Part shown: positions 44,950 through 57,834 of the stretch, piece after piece
How positions within the stretch are numbered: the stretch's first letter is position 1
Layout of the letters: each line of letters opens with the position of its first letter
Assembly: GCF_009914755.1 (NCBI RefSeq)
Contig: NC_060929.1
Strand: one strand, 5' to 3'
DNA: 64,000 bases
Origin: the human T2T-CHM13v2.0 reference genome, Homo sapiens
Made by a program: the position numbers and the translations under genes
The notes under the pieces: generated by a model
What the model was told of the DNA's origin: nothing
The model's input: only the letters and a program-made list of their open reading frames with translations
The model's database searches: none

Positions 44950-47080
44950 CAGGAGTCTAATCTCACAAGTTTGATAACATGTGCTTACATTAGCATTGAT
45001 TTTTATCCAGTTGCAAATATTTGTTTTTATTTCTACTTTAACCCAAGATTACTTAGAAAGGTTTTTTTTTGATTTTTTAACTTTCAAGTATACTGTTTCT
45101 TTGTTTTTAATTTTGACTATCGTTTTTTGTTAATTTCTGTTCCTATTACATTGTGGTTAGAAAATGAGATTTCCCTTTGAGGCTTAATGCATGTTAAATT
45201 TTTATAAATATCCCACATGTATTTGAAAAGAATGCAAATTACTTGTGGTCAAGCTTACAACTGGGTTATTCAAATCTTTTATAGCTTTACTAATTTTTCT
45301 CTCTCTGATCCAAGAAAAGAGCATTAAAATATGTTACCACTGTGGATTTGTCAAATCCTCTGTTTTCTATCCATTTTTCCTTTATGTATTATGAAGTTAC
45401 ATTGTTTTATAATTTTGGGGGATTATATCTTTCACCAATATGAAATATTTCTTTTGTCCCATTGAATGATCCTGTCCATTAGCAATTAATACTAAATGGT
45501 TTGTTCATATGTTTAGTATTTTCTTGTACTTTTTTTTCTCTTTTTTTTTCTTTATATTTCTTACAAAAGAGCAGGTAGCTGGATTTTTCTCTTTTTTCCT
45601 ACTCAGCATCTCTGTCTTTTAATGGGGAAATATAACCAATTTATATAATTGTCAATCTGATATGGTTTTCTTATTCTTGCTTCATTTTTACTATTTTATT
45701 TTTATCATTTTCTTGTTTTTTCCTCTCTTTTCTTTTGTTGTGTTATTTTTTTTTTTTTGCCCACTCTTTTCTTATTTATTTGAAAGTTACAAGTCCTACA
45801 TCCATTTTTTTTTTGGTTACCCTAAAAGTTGCAATTCACCTAAAAAATTCTGTTTAACTATCTGTGTCTAGATATAATCTGTATTTTTTTGTCGAGCTAC
45901 ACAGAACAAACATTTTAGCATGTTTTCACTTACTTCTGAATCCTTCATATTTATCATCTAGTTGAAATGGTCTTTGATTTTATTTCCAGATTGATATTAG
46001 TTTTTTTTTACATTATGCATGAGTGATTATTTAGACATAACTATATGCTTTAGCAATTTCTTAGCTAATTATTGCTTCTGTAAGCTAAATATTTTCTCTC
46101 TTAGATTCATTTTCTGTCTTACTGGATTATATTCTTGAGTAATACTTTCAGAAAAAAAAATCTGTGGGTGGCAAAGCTTTGAATACCTGCATGACTAAAG
46201 ATGTTTTAATTGTACTTAAATAATTGAATTTGTGCTCATCTAGCTTTTCAAAAAATTTTAGTCTCAAAATTGTCTTCCAGGATTTCAAAGATATTACTCC
46301 ATTATCTTCTCACATTCAGAGCTAATGATGAGAAACCCAAAGTTAATCTGATTTTTGTTTGTTTGAAGGTTTCATGATTTTTTTCTTACTGGATGCTTTT
46401 AGGATTTTCTCTTTATCCATGGATAGTGAAATACAATTTGAATGTGTCTCATGGGTGCTTTTCAAAAATCCTACCCATTAAGGCCCTTTGGGGCCCTTAT
46501 CCATTGGGGCCTTTCTTTGAAATACTCTTGTCTTTCTTTAGATGTGGGAAATCTGTCTTCCTTTTTCTTCCTCCCTTCCTGCCTCTCTTCCTTTCTCCCT
46601 CCCTTTTTTCCTTCCTTCCTTTCTCTCTTTTTCTTTCTTTCTTTTCTTCTTTCCATTACCTCTGATCTCTCTCACTCCCTCGTTCCTTCCCTCCCTTTCT
46701 TCTCCCTCCCTTCCCCTCCTCAGAGGAGAATTTCTGGATTGTGTTAGATTATGAGAAAATTCTTCACCTAGATCTTCTAATTAATGTTTACATCTGTCCA
46801 TTCTTATATTAGGGTTATTTACTGAGTTTTGCAGTTTCTGCGATCAAAAAATAAAGACCAAAAAACCCAAAATTATATAACATTTTTTCTAATTGCCTAT
46901 CTTGTTGCCTATGAATATGCAATGTCCCTCTTCTATCACACTGAGGGTATTAATTACAACTATTTTGGAGTCTTTTCTGTTTGTTCTATTTACCCTGTTT
47001 GAGTTTGCTTGTTTGTTGAGCTTGGTGCCTCACTTTCCCAGTGTTCCTCAAATGTTTGGTGATTGGTAGTTGTGTTCTTA
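44950..47080 (-). mobile_element. Very old L1 (L1ME/L1M5-like) ORF1 to ORF2 start remnant; TC-rich tract at 46555-46720
   Basis: ttacattgtggttagaaaatg, cacatgtatttgaaaagaatg, aagatattactccattatcttct..gatgagaaa. Confidence 0.6.
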
Positions 47081-48315
47081 TCTTTGTACCTGTGGTTCTG
47101 TATATACAGGTCTGTGGATTCCACTGCAGTTGACTACAGCTTGCCTCCAGGGACATAAACAGATAAAAGATGTATAACTTCCTATGTGGGGTGGGATGGG
47201 ACTTGTGGCCAAGAAGAGGTGTTCCAACCATTGCCTTCTGGGTGAGAGGTTTTCCCACCCACCTTGGAAGCTGACAGCCATGTGGTAGCACTGCTTTGTC
47301 ATTTTATCCCCAGGCCCCATCTAGGGTGTCAAACAGCTGCAGCCCACTGCTTTGTGCACCCAAGAGAAAGGGGATGGGCTGATTTGTCCAGAACGTTTAT
47401 CAGTATTATAACTATATTTGATCTCCATTAGGAGACCTGTGAGAGATTTCTTAAAGCCCCCTTAAAAATACTTTTGCTTTATGATTTGCAAATTGCATTA
47501 AGCCACGTCTAAAGAAATATGAAATTTTCAACTTGTTGTTTAAAAAAGGCAAAACTAGCCCTTAACTACATTCCTGGTAATGTTAATTGATCTCACAGAG
47601 GGAAGGTGGAATTATGCCTTTGAATAAAGCAAAACAGGTAAGCAAATGCAAAAGGGTTATATGCTAAGTCAGACCTTATTTTAAGAATTTTTAGTGGGAA
47701 ATTATTACCATCATCGGCAACACAATGAGTAAAAGAAAAACTAAGTGCCCCTTAACAGAATAGATCTTCAAGATTTCTATGTAATTTGAGGAGAATAAAT
47801 GAGAGACAGAAAAAAGGAATAAGCTCAATTTAATTTGATGTTTTTAGAGAAACCAAGGTCGTTCAAATGATATTTTTTTAAAAACTATACAAAGAAAATC
47901 TTATTACTGTTACATAAAACGTTTAATGTTTGTGACAACTAGAATATTGTGTTTGGGTAGGGTTGCCAGGCATTATTTGCATACAGGGCATATCCAGTGT
48001 CCTGTATTGACTTTGTCAGAACACATTAAATGCCCTGTATTTGGCTTTTCCCCCCAATAAATTAGAAAAATTCAGCAGCTAGAGCTATTTTTCTGCACCC
48101 ATAATTAGTACTTAAATTACTTAAATAGCAACACCAGCTAGAAATCATTCTTTTGGAAATAAACATCTGGACAATCCCTCATTGTCTCTCCTGCAGATTT
48201 GGCTAAGAGAAGACCAAAAGAGGAAACTGAGAATTAAAAGTACTTATTTTTCATATTTAAGAAAGTAAAAGACTATTTTTTTGGCCACATTTCCGAGTTG
48301 TAAATGAGTAAGCAT

Positions 48316-48820
48316 TGTTCATTCCCAGACGACTTTGTATCGACACACAGGCTCTGAAAATCAGCCAAACAGCCATTGCTTCACTCCTATGGCCATGCTT
48401 CTCATCATCAATCAGTCAGAAAACAGCCTCCCTACAAGCTTCTGAAATGGAGAAAATCCATAAGAGCCCAAAGCGTCTGAGAGCTAATCAGTCTCAGTAA
48501 TCTGAGATGCCCCACACTCACAGATAACAGCCAATCGGCAAGGGTCTCCCTCCAGTACCCTTGCTCCAGAGTCAGCCAGTCAACAGCAGCCTTCCTCCAG
48601 TGACCACAGTAAGGTAGCTGAAAATCCTTCAGTCTCTAGGCACTTCACTTCTGAAAGCCCGGCAGTCTCTGAATGTCAGGATTCTGAAAACCTACATAAG
48701 ATCAACTCTGGCTTTGCTCCAGCAGACTATCTTACAAGCACAGTTCTTACTGTGTCTTGTAAGTTATCTTCAAGCTCTTTGGGTAATGAAGTTGTTCATT
48801 CAGCATAAAAAAAAAGTCAG
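48316..48820 (+). mobile_element. Old ERV1-like LTR (MER110/MER90-like, tentative)
   Basis: Repeated cagccaatc-type CCAAT units and a TATA-like cataag element; compositionally distinct from the AT-rich host. Confidence 0.5.
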
Positions 48821-48825
48821 CTATA

Positions 48826-48920
48826 GGCCAGATGTGGCTCATGCCTGTAATCCCAGCATTTTGGGAGGCAAAAGCAGTAGGAACTCTTGAACTAGGAATT
48901 TGAGACCAGCCTGGGCAACA
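48826..48920 (+). mobile_element. Alu left-arm/FLAM fragment
   Basis: ggccagatgtggctcatgcctgtaatcccagc...gagaccagcctgggcaaca. Confidence 0.85.
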
Positions 48921-49526
48921 GAAACTGTAATGGCTTTCCCTGGTGTATGTCATCATCAATCTTAAAGCTCAAATGACTATCTGAAGGTACTGCTACCAGA
49001 GCATTTTTCGATTCCAAAACTGCAAGCAAATATTTAAGTGCCAGGACAAAATCTACAGCAATAATAAAAAATATAATAGCTGCATTTACTCTACAGATTA
49101 TCAAAGATCTAATGTCTCACCTTTTGTGGCATAGCCAAGTGTGAATAAAATAATCACGATCAGAAAAAAATTTCTTATTTCTTGTGCAGCATTTTTCCTG
49201 TAAAAAAGGATTGTTTATAAGACTATTGTGAGTAAAATCTTCCAGAGGAGACTTCAGGCACATTGGAAAATTTTAGTGGACTTTATTAGTGAACTAGGAA
49301 TTCATGAGATAAATTGTATAGCTTTTGGTGGGGACCATGTAAATGTATGCATACAGGTACAGAAAATGTGTAGTCAAAGTTGAAGCAAAGCATGAATGAT
49401 TGTATAGAAGATGTTGACTGTCCTGCCTGTATTCTGCATAATGCTGTTCAAATAGCATATGATGTTCCTTCTACTGATATTGTCACGAAATTGTTATGAA
49501 ATTCTTCTCTTACTTCAGCATTTATG

Positions 49527-49984
49527 CAGCATGTCCTCAAATAACATCGTTTTGTTCAACATCATTCCCTTGTAACGTTGATGAAAAAAGTTGTCTAAAT
49601 TGTCACAGTAGGAGTGTGTGTGAGAGCACCCTGCAGTGAGTTGGCATCCTGGCCAGCGTGGGTTCCCACCTATGCCCTGAGCTGCTGGGATAGGCTCAGG
49701 CCACCCTTGACTCTAAACTGGAACAATGGGGTAAATAATTATCTTGTTTGTATTAATCTTTCCCAATAGTATGTATAGCTCACATTTATTTCAATGTTTA
49801 GTATTAGAAGTGTTTTGGGTCTTTATGCAGAACTTTGATGATGTTTTTGTGACCAGAAACATGCCATAGAAACTTTACTCTTGTTTACACCAATCAGCCT
49901 ATGGTGAATTAGTTTCATTATATGCAATTCCACTTAGTCACAGTTTCTAAGAACCTATGGAGGACCTAAAGTGAGGACTTACTA
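49527..49984 (+). mobile_element. MER6A-like Tigger-family DNA transposon
   Basis: cagcatgtcctcaaataacatcgttttgttcaac ... aagtgaggacttact followed by TA. Confidence 0.8.
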
Positions 49985-50304
49985 TACTTATAAGCAGCGT
50001 TTTTCCATTCTATCAGATTCAAAACTTATTGGTCTCTTTAACGAATGTATTTGGGAGAATCCTCATATGAAGTCATACTTTAATTCTGAAGGAAAGACCC
50101 CCCCCCAAATTCTTGTTGAGTACTTAAAAAGTTTATTAAGTAAAGGCTACTTATTTCTTTTTCATATTTTGCAATTACTTTAGCAAGAGGATTATGCAAA
50201 TTAAAAGAAGAACATTTTTGAAGTAGTTGTTTAAGGAAATTATTAAATGCCTTAGAGAATGACTTGAAAAATTTATTCCTTTAATTATCAAAGTTGTTTT
50301 AATT

Positions 50305-50451
50305 TTATTTTGTTTTTATTTATTTACTTTTCTTGAGACATGGCCTTGCTCTGTCACCCAGGCTACAGTGCAGTGGTGCAATCACAGCTCACTGCAACCT
50401 CTGCCTCCTGGGAGCTCAAGCCATCTGCCTGCCTCAGCCTCCTAAGTAGCT
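50305..50451 (-). mobile_element. Alu right-arm fragment
   Basis: ctctgtcacccaggctacagtgcagtgg...cctcagcctcctaagtagct. Confidence 0.85.
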
Positions 50452-51451
50452 ACAAAACTTGTTTTTAAAAGTGGCAACATTACTTTGAACAAGAAAAGAA
50501 ATTCCAACTTGGATTAATTCATTATTATGGCACTTATTATAACTATGTTTTGAAATTGATACCATCCCTTGAAGAATTTGATTCTTTTATAGAGATATTA
50601 TTAAATACACTTTCGACATGGAAACAAGAGGAATCATCATATGTATTGTTGAAGAGGAAGGGAATAAAAATTCATAGCAATGCTCTTTTTTGACATTGGA
50701 CAACATTTTAAAAGTCATTGATCAAGATGCAATATAATCCTTAAGAATAGAAAAGCAAGTTATGTCACCAAAGATGGTATGTTCTTCAACAAATTAAATT
50801 CCAAGAGTACTTACTGGGATTTTAATTTTAGGCCAGTACATGCCTAGAATACCAGCTCGTAATGAGCATGTTTTGTCATTGGTAAATGTTAAATGCACAA
50901 AAGAATAAAACTAGTTGGATGGGACCACTGTAGATGACGTGTTAAAATGGAAATGGAGTATAGATTATAACCACAAGGAGTTTTATAAGTAAATTCTGGA
51001 AAACAAAGAGCTGTTAAGGAGAGCCATTAGGGTGATAAAATTTTAAAAATGGATATGTAATTTTGATGGTTATTATTTATTTCAGATAAACAAGAAATAC
51101 TTTTTATAGTAAAGTATGTCTTATGTAGTATTTTTCATTTCTCTAAATGTATATATATAGGCAACTAGAAGTAAAACTTAACTGGGCATTCTGTTTTATT
51201 ATTTGCTAACCTGCAACTGTATATTTAGCTCAAATTTAAGTTTTAGTAGAGATTGATTTTTATGTGTTTTATATATATAGCCATATATATACAGTTTATA
51301 ATAAATTGGGGCACTTTATATATAATTTTGCCTGTTGTATAAGACTTAGTAATATTGCTTGCCTTTTATTGGTTATACAGGCTTAGCTATTTTAATCTTT
51401 GTTCTTACGCAATATCATTAGCAATATTATTCTTTTTTTCAGAATAGCATA

Positions 51452-52975
51452 GTTTTTAGCAGCTTTATTGAGAGAGAAACATACCATATAACCCACTTAC
51501 TTGAAGTGTACAACTCAATGGTTTTTATTATATTCATATAGATGCAACCATGGCCACAGTCAATTTCAGAACATTTTCACCATCTCAAAAAAAAACCTGT
51601 GCCCTTTTGCTATTTGGTTTTGTCCCCCATCCTTTATACTCCAGACCCCCATTGTTTACCCAATGCCTGTGCCACCATTGTATCTTGGATGTAAATAACT
51701 GCTTTTGATCTTACAGACTCATAAGTAGAAGAAACCTGCCTTGAGTCTCAAATGAGACTTTGGACCTTGCACTTTTGAGTGATGCTGGAGTGAAGACTTT
51801 TGGTGACCATTAGGAAGGGATAATTATATTTTGCAGTGTGAGAAAAGCATGAGATTTGGGGGCCTGGGGGTCAAATGATATGGTTGGGATGTTTGTCCCC
51901 TCTAAATCTCATATTGAAATGTGACCTCTAATGTTGGAGGTGGGTCTAATGGGAGGAGTTTGGGTTATGAGGGCGGATCCCTCATGAACAGCTCAGTGTT
52001 GTCCTCATGACGATGAATGAGTTTTCACTCTGAGTTAATGTGAGAGCTGGTTGTTTAAGAATGCAGTACCCCCACCCCCTTGCTCCCTCTCTCGCCATGT
52101 GACATGGCTGCTCCACCTTCGCCTTCTGCCGTGAGTGAAAACTTCCTGAGGCCCTCACCAGACGCAGATACTGGCATCATGCTTCCTGTACAGCCTGCAG
52201 AATCATGAGTCAAAATAAACCTCTTTTCTTTATAAATTACCCAGTCTCAGGTATTCCTTTAGAGCAATGTAAACAGACGAATACACCCATCTTTATGCAC
52301 TGCTAATGTACTTTCTATGTTTATAGATTTGCTGATTCCAGACATTTTGTATAACTAGAACCATATAACATGGTCTCCTGTGACTGGATTCTTTCACATT
52401 TAGCATAATGTTTTCAAAGTAATCTGTGCTATAGCAAGTTTCTTTTTGAGACAAGGTCTCACTTGGTTGCTCAGGCTGGAGTGCAGTGACGTGATCATAG
52501 CTCATTGCAGCCTTGAACTCCTGGGCTCAAACAATCCTCTTACCTTAGCCTCATGAGTAACTAGGACTACAGGTGTGCATCACCACACTCAACTAATTAA
52601 AAAAAATTTTGTAGAGATGAGGTCTTGCTGTGTTGCCCAGTTATAGCCAAGTGTTAGTACTTCATTCTTTTTTATGGCCAAATAATATTCCATTGTATCG
52701 ATGTATCACATTTTGTTTATCCATTTACAGCTGATGGACTTTTGGGTTGTTGCTATTTGGGTTGTTACTTACGGTTGAAATCGCTGGGTCATATGGTAAG
52801 TCTATGTTTAATCATTTGAGATACTACCAGCCATTTTCCGAAGTGACTGCACTGTTTTTCATTCCCACCGCAGTGTGTGAAGGTTCCAATTTCTCCAAAA
52901 CCTCATCAGCACTTGTTATCTGACTTTTATATTCTAGCCATCCTAGTGGGTGTAAAGTGGTGTCTCATTGTGGTA
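51452..52975 (-). mobile_element. L1MB-like 3' end, interrupted by an MST element and an Alu fragment (~52440-52640)
   Basis: agctttattgag..ataccatata acccacttacttgaagtgtacaactcaatg; ...tagccatcctagtgggtgtaaagtggtgtctcattgtggt. Confidence 0.8.
51653..52285 (+). mobile_element. MST element: last ~220 bp of internal region plus 3' LTR (51876-52285, MSTA/B-like)
   Basis: tttacccaatgcctgtgccaccattgtatct internal text; LTR tgatatggttgggatgtttgtcccc...aataca; TSD CCCAT both sides. Confidence 0.85.
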
Positions 52976-53129
52976 ACAAGAATAGACAGAATTGTGTTAG
53001 CTTCTACTATGGTAATTGCTGTGGAGACAAAAGACAACTTTAACTAAAATAATAATAAACAAATAAATAAGCACCCACTCAAGAGGATTCTTTTAAAGCA
53101 AAAAAGGACTTTCTGTGACTATGAAGCAT

Positions 53130-53620
53130 TGTTTTTAAGTTAAATAATCCAGTAAAAAATGGAAAGAGAGGAAAGAAGCAGTTGAGAATCCAATCAATGG
53201 TGTGCTAATCAAGTGGAAGAAATATTTCAAAAGAAAGAACAAAACTTCTGATCTATGTAAAGACGGAAGTCACCACCTTGAAAAGGTTTGCTAAATTTCA
53301 AGCAGGATTAGAAAAATAAGTCATATGTCAATATCTAGATGCAGCCTAGTAAATTTCTGAATGAAAGGATAAAGAGAAAATCTTACATGCTTCCAGACAA
53401 AAGACAAAATCTCAGATTGGCATCAGACTACTCAAATGCAGTGATGGAAGCCAGAGGATGATGGAATAGTATCTACAGGATGTAAATGAAAGGAGCACAG
53501 TCTAAGAAGCCTACTCTCAGCCAAGATGCCATTAGCCTCTCAGAATAAAAAGCAACCTATGGGTGAATATACTATGAGTTAGATAATATATTCCCACACA
53601 TATCTTAGCTGAGGCAAACG
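53130..53620 (+). mobile_element. Ancient L1ME/HAL1-like ORF1 fragment
   Basis: aagagaaaatcttacatgcttccagac..cagattggcatcagact..ggaagccagaggatgatggaatag. Confidence 0.6.
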
Positions 53621-54199
53621 CTAAGAAAGGAGACCTCAAGCTCAGGGAAGCTCAAAAGAAGATGCGAGAGTGATGCACAATTATATTGTTGTTTAAATAT
53701 AAATAAATAGTGCTACAGAGATAAGGACTTTTTTATGTCAATGCCAAATAAACTCTTAAAATTGAAGACATATGAGAGAAAAATCTAATAGTAGTGTAGA
53801 ACTAAAAATACCAAAGGATCTCAGCAAATAGGAATTGGAGAAAGGTGGGAGGTAAGGGAAGCTTAGCATTCAAAAGCTCTTATTTAGTGACTGAAGAAGC
53901 AAAAACATGATAAGAATGAGCAGAGGGCAATAGGACCCTTTGGTATCTTGTTTTTATTCAATAGTAGAAAATATTTATTAGGACTATGAGAAATTAGAAA
54001 ATGACCTCCAGTGGGATGGAAAAGTGAGAACTTCTAAAATAAGAGTCACTAGCCCGGGGAATTTGGGAAGAACCTCTGGAAGTTTAATGCCTAAGGGCTG
54101 AGTTTCCTGACTCTTAGCATCTGAATTTCACAGACTGAAATCAGGATGCTTTACTGGTCTCCTGATCAAATTTGTGAGAAAAAACCTGCTAGAGAGGCA

Positions 54200-54420
54200 A
54201 AGCAGCAGAATGCACGGAGCACAAACTTTGGAATCAGATAGAACTTGGTCCCAGTCAGAAATCTGTCACTTTGCCACTTGCTCTGAGTCTTTGATTGTCC
54301 TTGTCTGCAAAATGCGGATAAAAGCAGCTCCCTCACAGATTGTTGAGAAGATCAAGTAAAATAATATGTGAATATGCAGTGCAGTGCCTAGCACAAGTAG
54401 CTGTGCTACAATAGTCATTT
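54200..54420 (+). mobile_element. MIR
   Basis: actttggaatcagatagaacttgg...tctgcaaaatgcggataa...cagtgcctagcaca. Confidence 0.75.
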
Positions 54421-55499
54421 TTATTTTATTATTACTCTAATGATGTATTTATTATTATTTATTATTTCTTACCCTAGCCTGTTCAGATACTCTGAGGCCC
54501 AGAGGACCAGGTCGGGCTCAGCTGGTGAGTCAGAGGCTTTTATTTCAGCATCCTGACCACTGTATTAGTTCTTCCCTATGTGACTTTGCTGTGCAATTTC
54601 AAAGCCACTCTCTCATGCTGAGATGACCCAGGATCATTCTAAAATCTCACCTCCCACCTAGACTGGCTATTTGGACCATTGTTTATTTGAATCATTGAAA
54701 TATCCTTAAATAAATTTGTTCATTGATTTCTTTACATTTTGTGGGGTGAAGACAGGGTGAAAGAGGCAAAAAGAGGTAATTTCATGGCTATTCTGAAAGA
54801 AAGAGGTGAAAATTATTTTGTTAAGTAACAGACTTCTGATTCCAAGCATTTTGGATTTTGAAGTTAAAAGAAATGAGGTTGAGTTTGACTTTCCCAGACT
54901 AAAATTGATACCTATACATTAAAAACAATTTTTTTGCCAGTTGGGTCTACGTCAGTTTCCTGCCGTTATCTGATACGGGTACGGAAAGATGCATCAGACT
55001 CAGACATAGTTAACAGCTCAGATTAACTGCGTCTATCTTAAAAAATTGTAGATGGAAAGAATTGGATGTTCTTGCAGACAAGAGCTGAATTAACATATGC
55101 AGGTATATTTGTATCTTGGAGAAAGATAAAGTATAACAAAATAAGGAGAACTAGATTTTCATGAAGCATTAAAACTACATTTAATGATTTGCATGGAGAT
55201 TCTTCTTTCTGAAAGAAAAAAAATATGACAATTCCTCCACAATGTTCCTAAGAAGACTGCTGCATTTGCTTCATAACAATCTATTTATCCAAGCATATTA
55301 GTGATTCTGTATTTTGTTATCTGAGACATTCACACAGAATATTCTGTCCCTATAAAGCATCCTGGATCCTGTCATTGCCTGCATTTATTTTTCTTGCCCC
55401 TTCTCACTCACATGTCCCTTCTGGTCATATGCTGTGGGTAACAACACAATTGAGTTTGATAACAGAATTAGTATAAATCAGACCAGTTCATAAATTCTA

Positions 55500-56216
55500 T
55501 TTCCCTATGACACTGCCCAACATCAAACTTCACTTTATCTTCCCAAGATGTGTTCCTTCCTGACTTATCTGGGTCAAATGTATAAGATTCCTTCTCCTTG
55601 GAGCCTGGTGGAGATTTCACAGTAATCTTTGATCACTTTCTCTCTTCAGCCAATCCACAATCAGATCCTGTGAATCCTGCCTCTGCAATGGCTCCTCTGT
55701 CCCCTTGTTTTCTGTCCATTTCCACTGCTAACTCCTAGTCCAGATCTTCCTGTCAAAGCTCCTGCAGGGACCTCTGAAATGACTTTCATGTCTTCAGTTC
55801 TCTCCTTCCAACAAACTTACACAAAGAACCAGGTAAAATTTCCTAATGCTCAGCTCTGATCACATCACTATTATGTCTGGATCTCTCTTTATTGTTTACA
55901 GAATGAAACCCAAAGTCTTCAGCCTTTGCCCACTGCTTTTCCACTCAGCCTTCCACTCCCACTATGCCCTCTAGTCAAATTGGATTCACAACTTTCCAAA
56001 CTAGTAAAGCCTTCTTAAATGAATGAGACACAGAAGTATGTGAGCCTTGGCCACCTTAAGACTTTCCATCTCCCTACAATACCCTGTCCTTCAGGTCTAC
56101 ATGTAAAGATCCAACCCATCCTTTAGGCAGAAAAGCTCCCCATTCTCAGGTCCCATAGTCCTCAGTTCATATCTCTTTCATGACATTTATCATTATTCTT
56201 TTTGGTTTGGTACTTA

Positions 56217-56263
<47 letters not shown>

Positions 56264-56370
56264 ACTCCTTTTCAGGATGGAGGCTTGTTCTTTTTAGATT
56301 TGCTACAACTCCTTGCACAAGGTCTAGCACCTCAGAGGGACTAACAGATGTCTGTGGAATAAATACATTA
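55500..56370 (+). mobile_element. LINE-2 3' region with (TG)n at ~56219-56260
   Basis: ccatttccactgctaactcctagtccag, tctgatcacatcact, cagaatgaaacccaaagtcttcagcct, cagatgtctgtggaataaat. Confidence 0.7.
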
Positions 56371-57834
56371 TTTTATTTATTGAATTGATTTCACCCAAAG
56401 CAGACTTTCTACAAGTTATTTAACCCCAAAGCTTAGTTTGCTAATAGAGTTCTCTGACATTTAGGCAAATTTTATTGTATTATGGATAAAAACATTTTAA
56501 TTATATATCAGCAAGTTATATATATATATGTGTGTGTGCATATATATATATATATGAGCTGTAGGTATTTATTTTTCTGTTGGTGACAATCTGACAGCCA
56601 ACTTAGGGGCTGCCTGTGATAATAATACATGTCCTATTGGCCAAGAAGTGATTAAGATGGCTGTGGGGACAAGTTAGACCAGGGTCAGATAAATGTTTTT
56701 GGCTGCTAGGCTGTGTTTTGTAGAGAAGGAATTTGACAAGGGGGACAGAGTGCTTCCCAGCATAGGATGATGCTGGCAATCTGGGGCAGGTACCATATGT
56801 GTCTTCTGATATGTCCAGAGATAGCAGATGTTTCTTTGTACTGCACTTTCCTTATTTATACACATGAAAGAGTGTCCCCTGATTCTTAAATTAATGGGAG
56901 TCATGAATCCTTTCAGTACCTCAACCTCTGGCCAAAGGAGGAACTTTGTCTGCTCCCACCAAGAAGCAGGTGCCTCACCCTTTCCTGTTAACAGGTGACT
57001 ACTGTGCCTGCACATAACCACCACTGCCCAATCTAGGAGGATGTCTCTCTCCCTTATTTGCTGATTGTGGCTGCCCAGCCCAAGGGGTTTCCTGCTAGGG
57101 TGATAACACATTGTTCTTGAACAGAGAGAAATAACTTAGAGGGATCATCTTGTCCTAAGATGTTGTGTTGCCTCTCAGAGTGGAAATCTACCTTGTAAAT
57201 ACTCTCTTTGTTCTCTGAACAGTCTGTTGTCTCTGTCCACACCACAACTATGAAGTTATTTATCAGGAACATCAGTGTTAATGGGGGTGAAATGGTGGGG
57301 AAGTGGTTACTCTGGTGGAGACTGAGAAAAAAACAGATGGAGCACTTTCCTTCTCTGGCAATTAGGCTTAAATGATTCTTGAGTGGATTCCCCAGTAGCA
57401 TTGATTGTCACAATGCCCACGTTAACCACTCATGCTCCTGGCTCTCAATACAACACACTTCCCAGAAGGGAATCTTTCCTCCCCAGACTAATAAAATTGG
57501 CTACCACAGATTAAGTGAATGGTGGAGTGGAAAAATCCCACAAAAAAGACATGTGCCAGAGTTTCTGAAATTAGAGACAGCAGAGATCAAAGGGATTCTT
57601 TAAAGATCTCTTTAAATCCTGTGGATCAAAAAAAAGAAGTAATTAGGCAGGCAAAACCATTATTGAAATCCCAAGATGTACAGTAAAATTTCAAAGCCCG
57701 GCTGGTTTGGTTGCTAGAGGAGTTGGAGGGTTGGGAGGCCCTAATACAAGACCACTTAGTCTATCCTTCACCCCTCACTAAATGTTTGGGTCTGGGGCAC
57801 ATCTAGGGAATCCTAGGGTTCTATGGAGTTCAGT

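Larger units (their letters stand above)
48921..51020 (+). pseudogene. Fragmented hAT transposase
   Basis: Hand translation across frameshifts: AFPGVCHHQS*SSNDYLKVLLP / FDSKTASKYLSARTKSTAIIKNIIA / LVQHF / AFGGDHVN / DCPACILHNAVQ / KSYFNSE / IPARNEHVLSLVNVKCTKE*N*L (dimerization-domain-like). Confidence 0.75.
47958..51221 (+). mobile_element. Ancient hAT (Blackjack/MER53/MER99-like) DNA transposon with both ends and a decayed transposase, interrupted by an LTR, Alu fragments and MER6
   Basis: Left TIR TAGGGTTGCCAGG; right end atttgctaacCTGCAACTGTA; degraded 8-bp TSD tgtttggg / tatttagc; transposase motifs inside. Confidence 0.7.

Noticed and set aside
56674-57401. ORFs of 145 aa and 115 aa on - strand
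   Set aside because: No recognisable domain or coding-like composition and no supporting exon structure; consistent with chance ORFs
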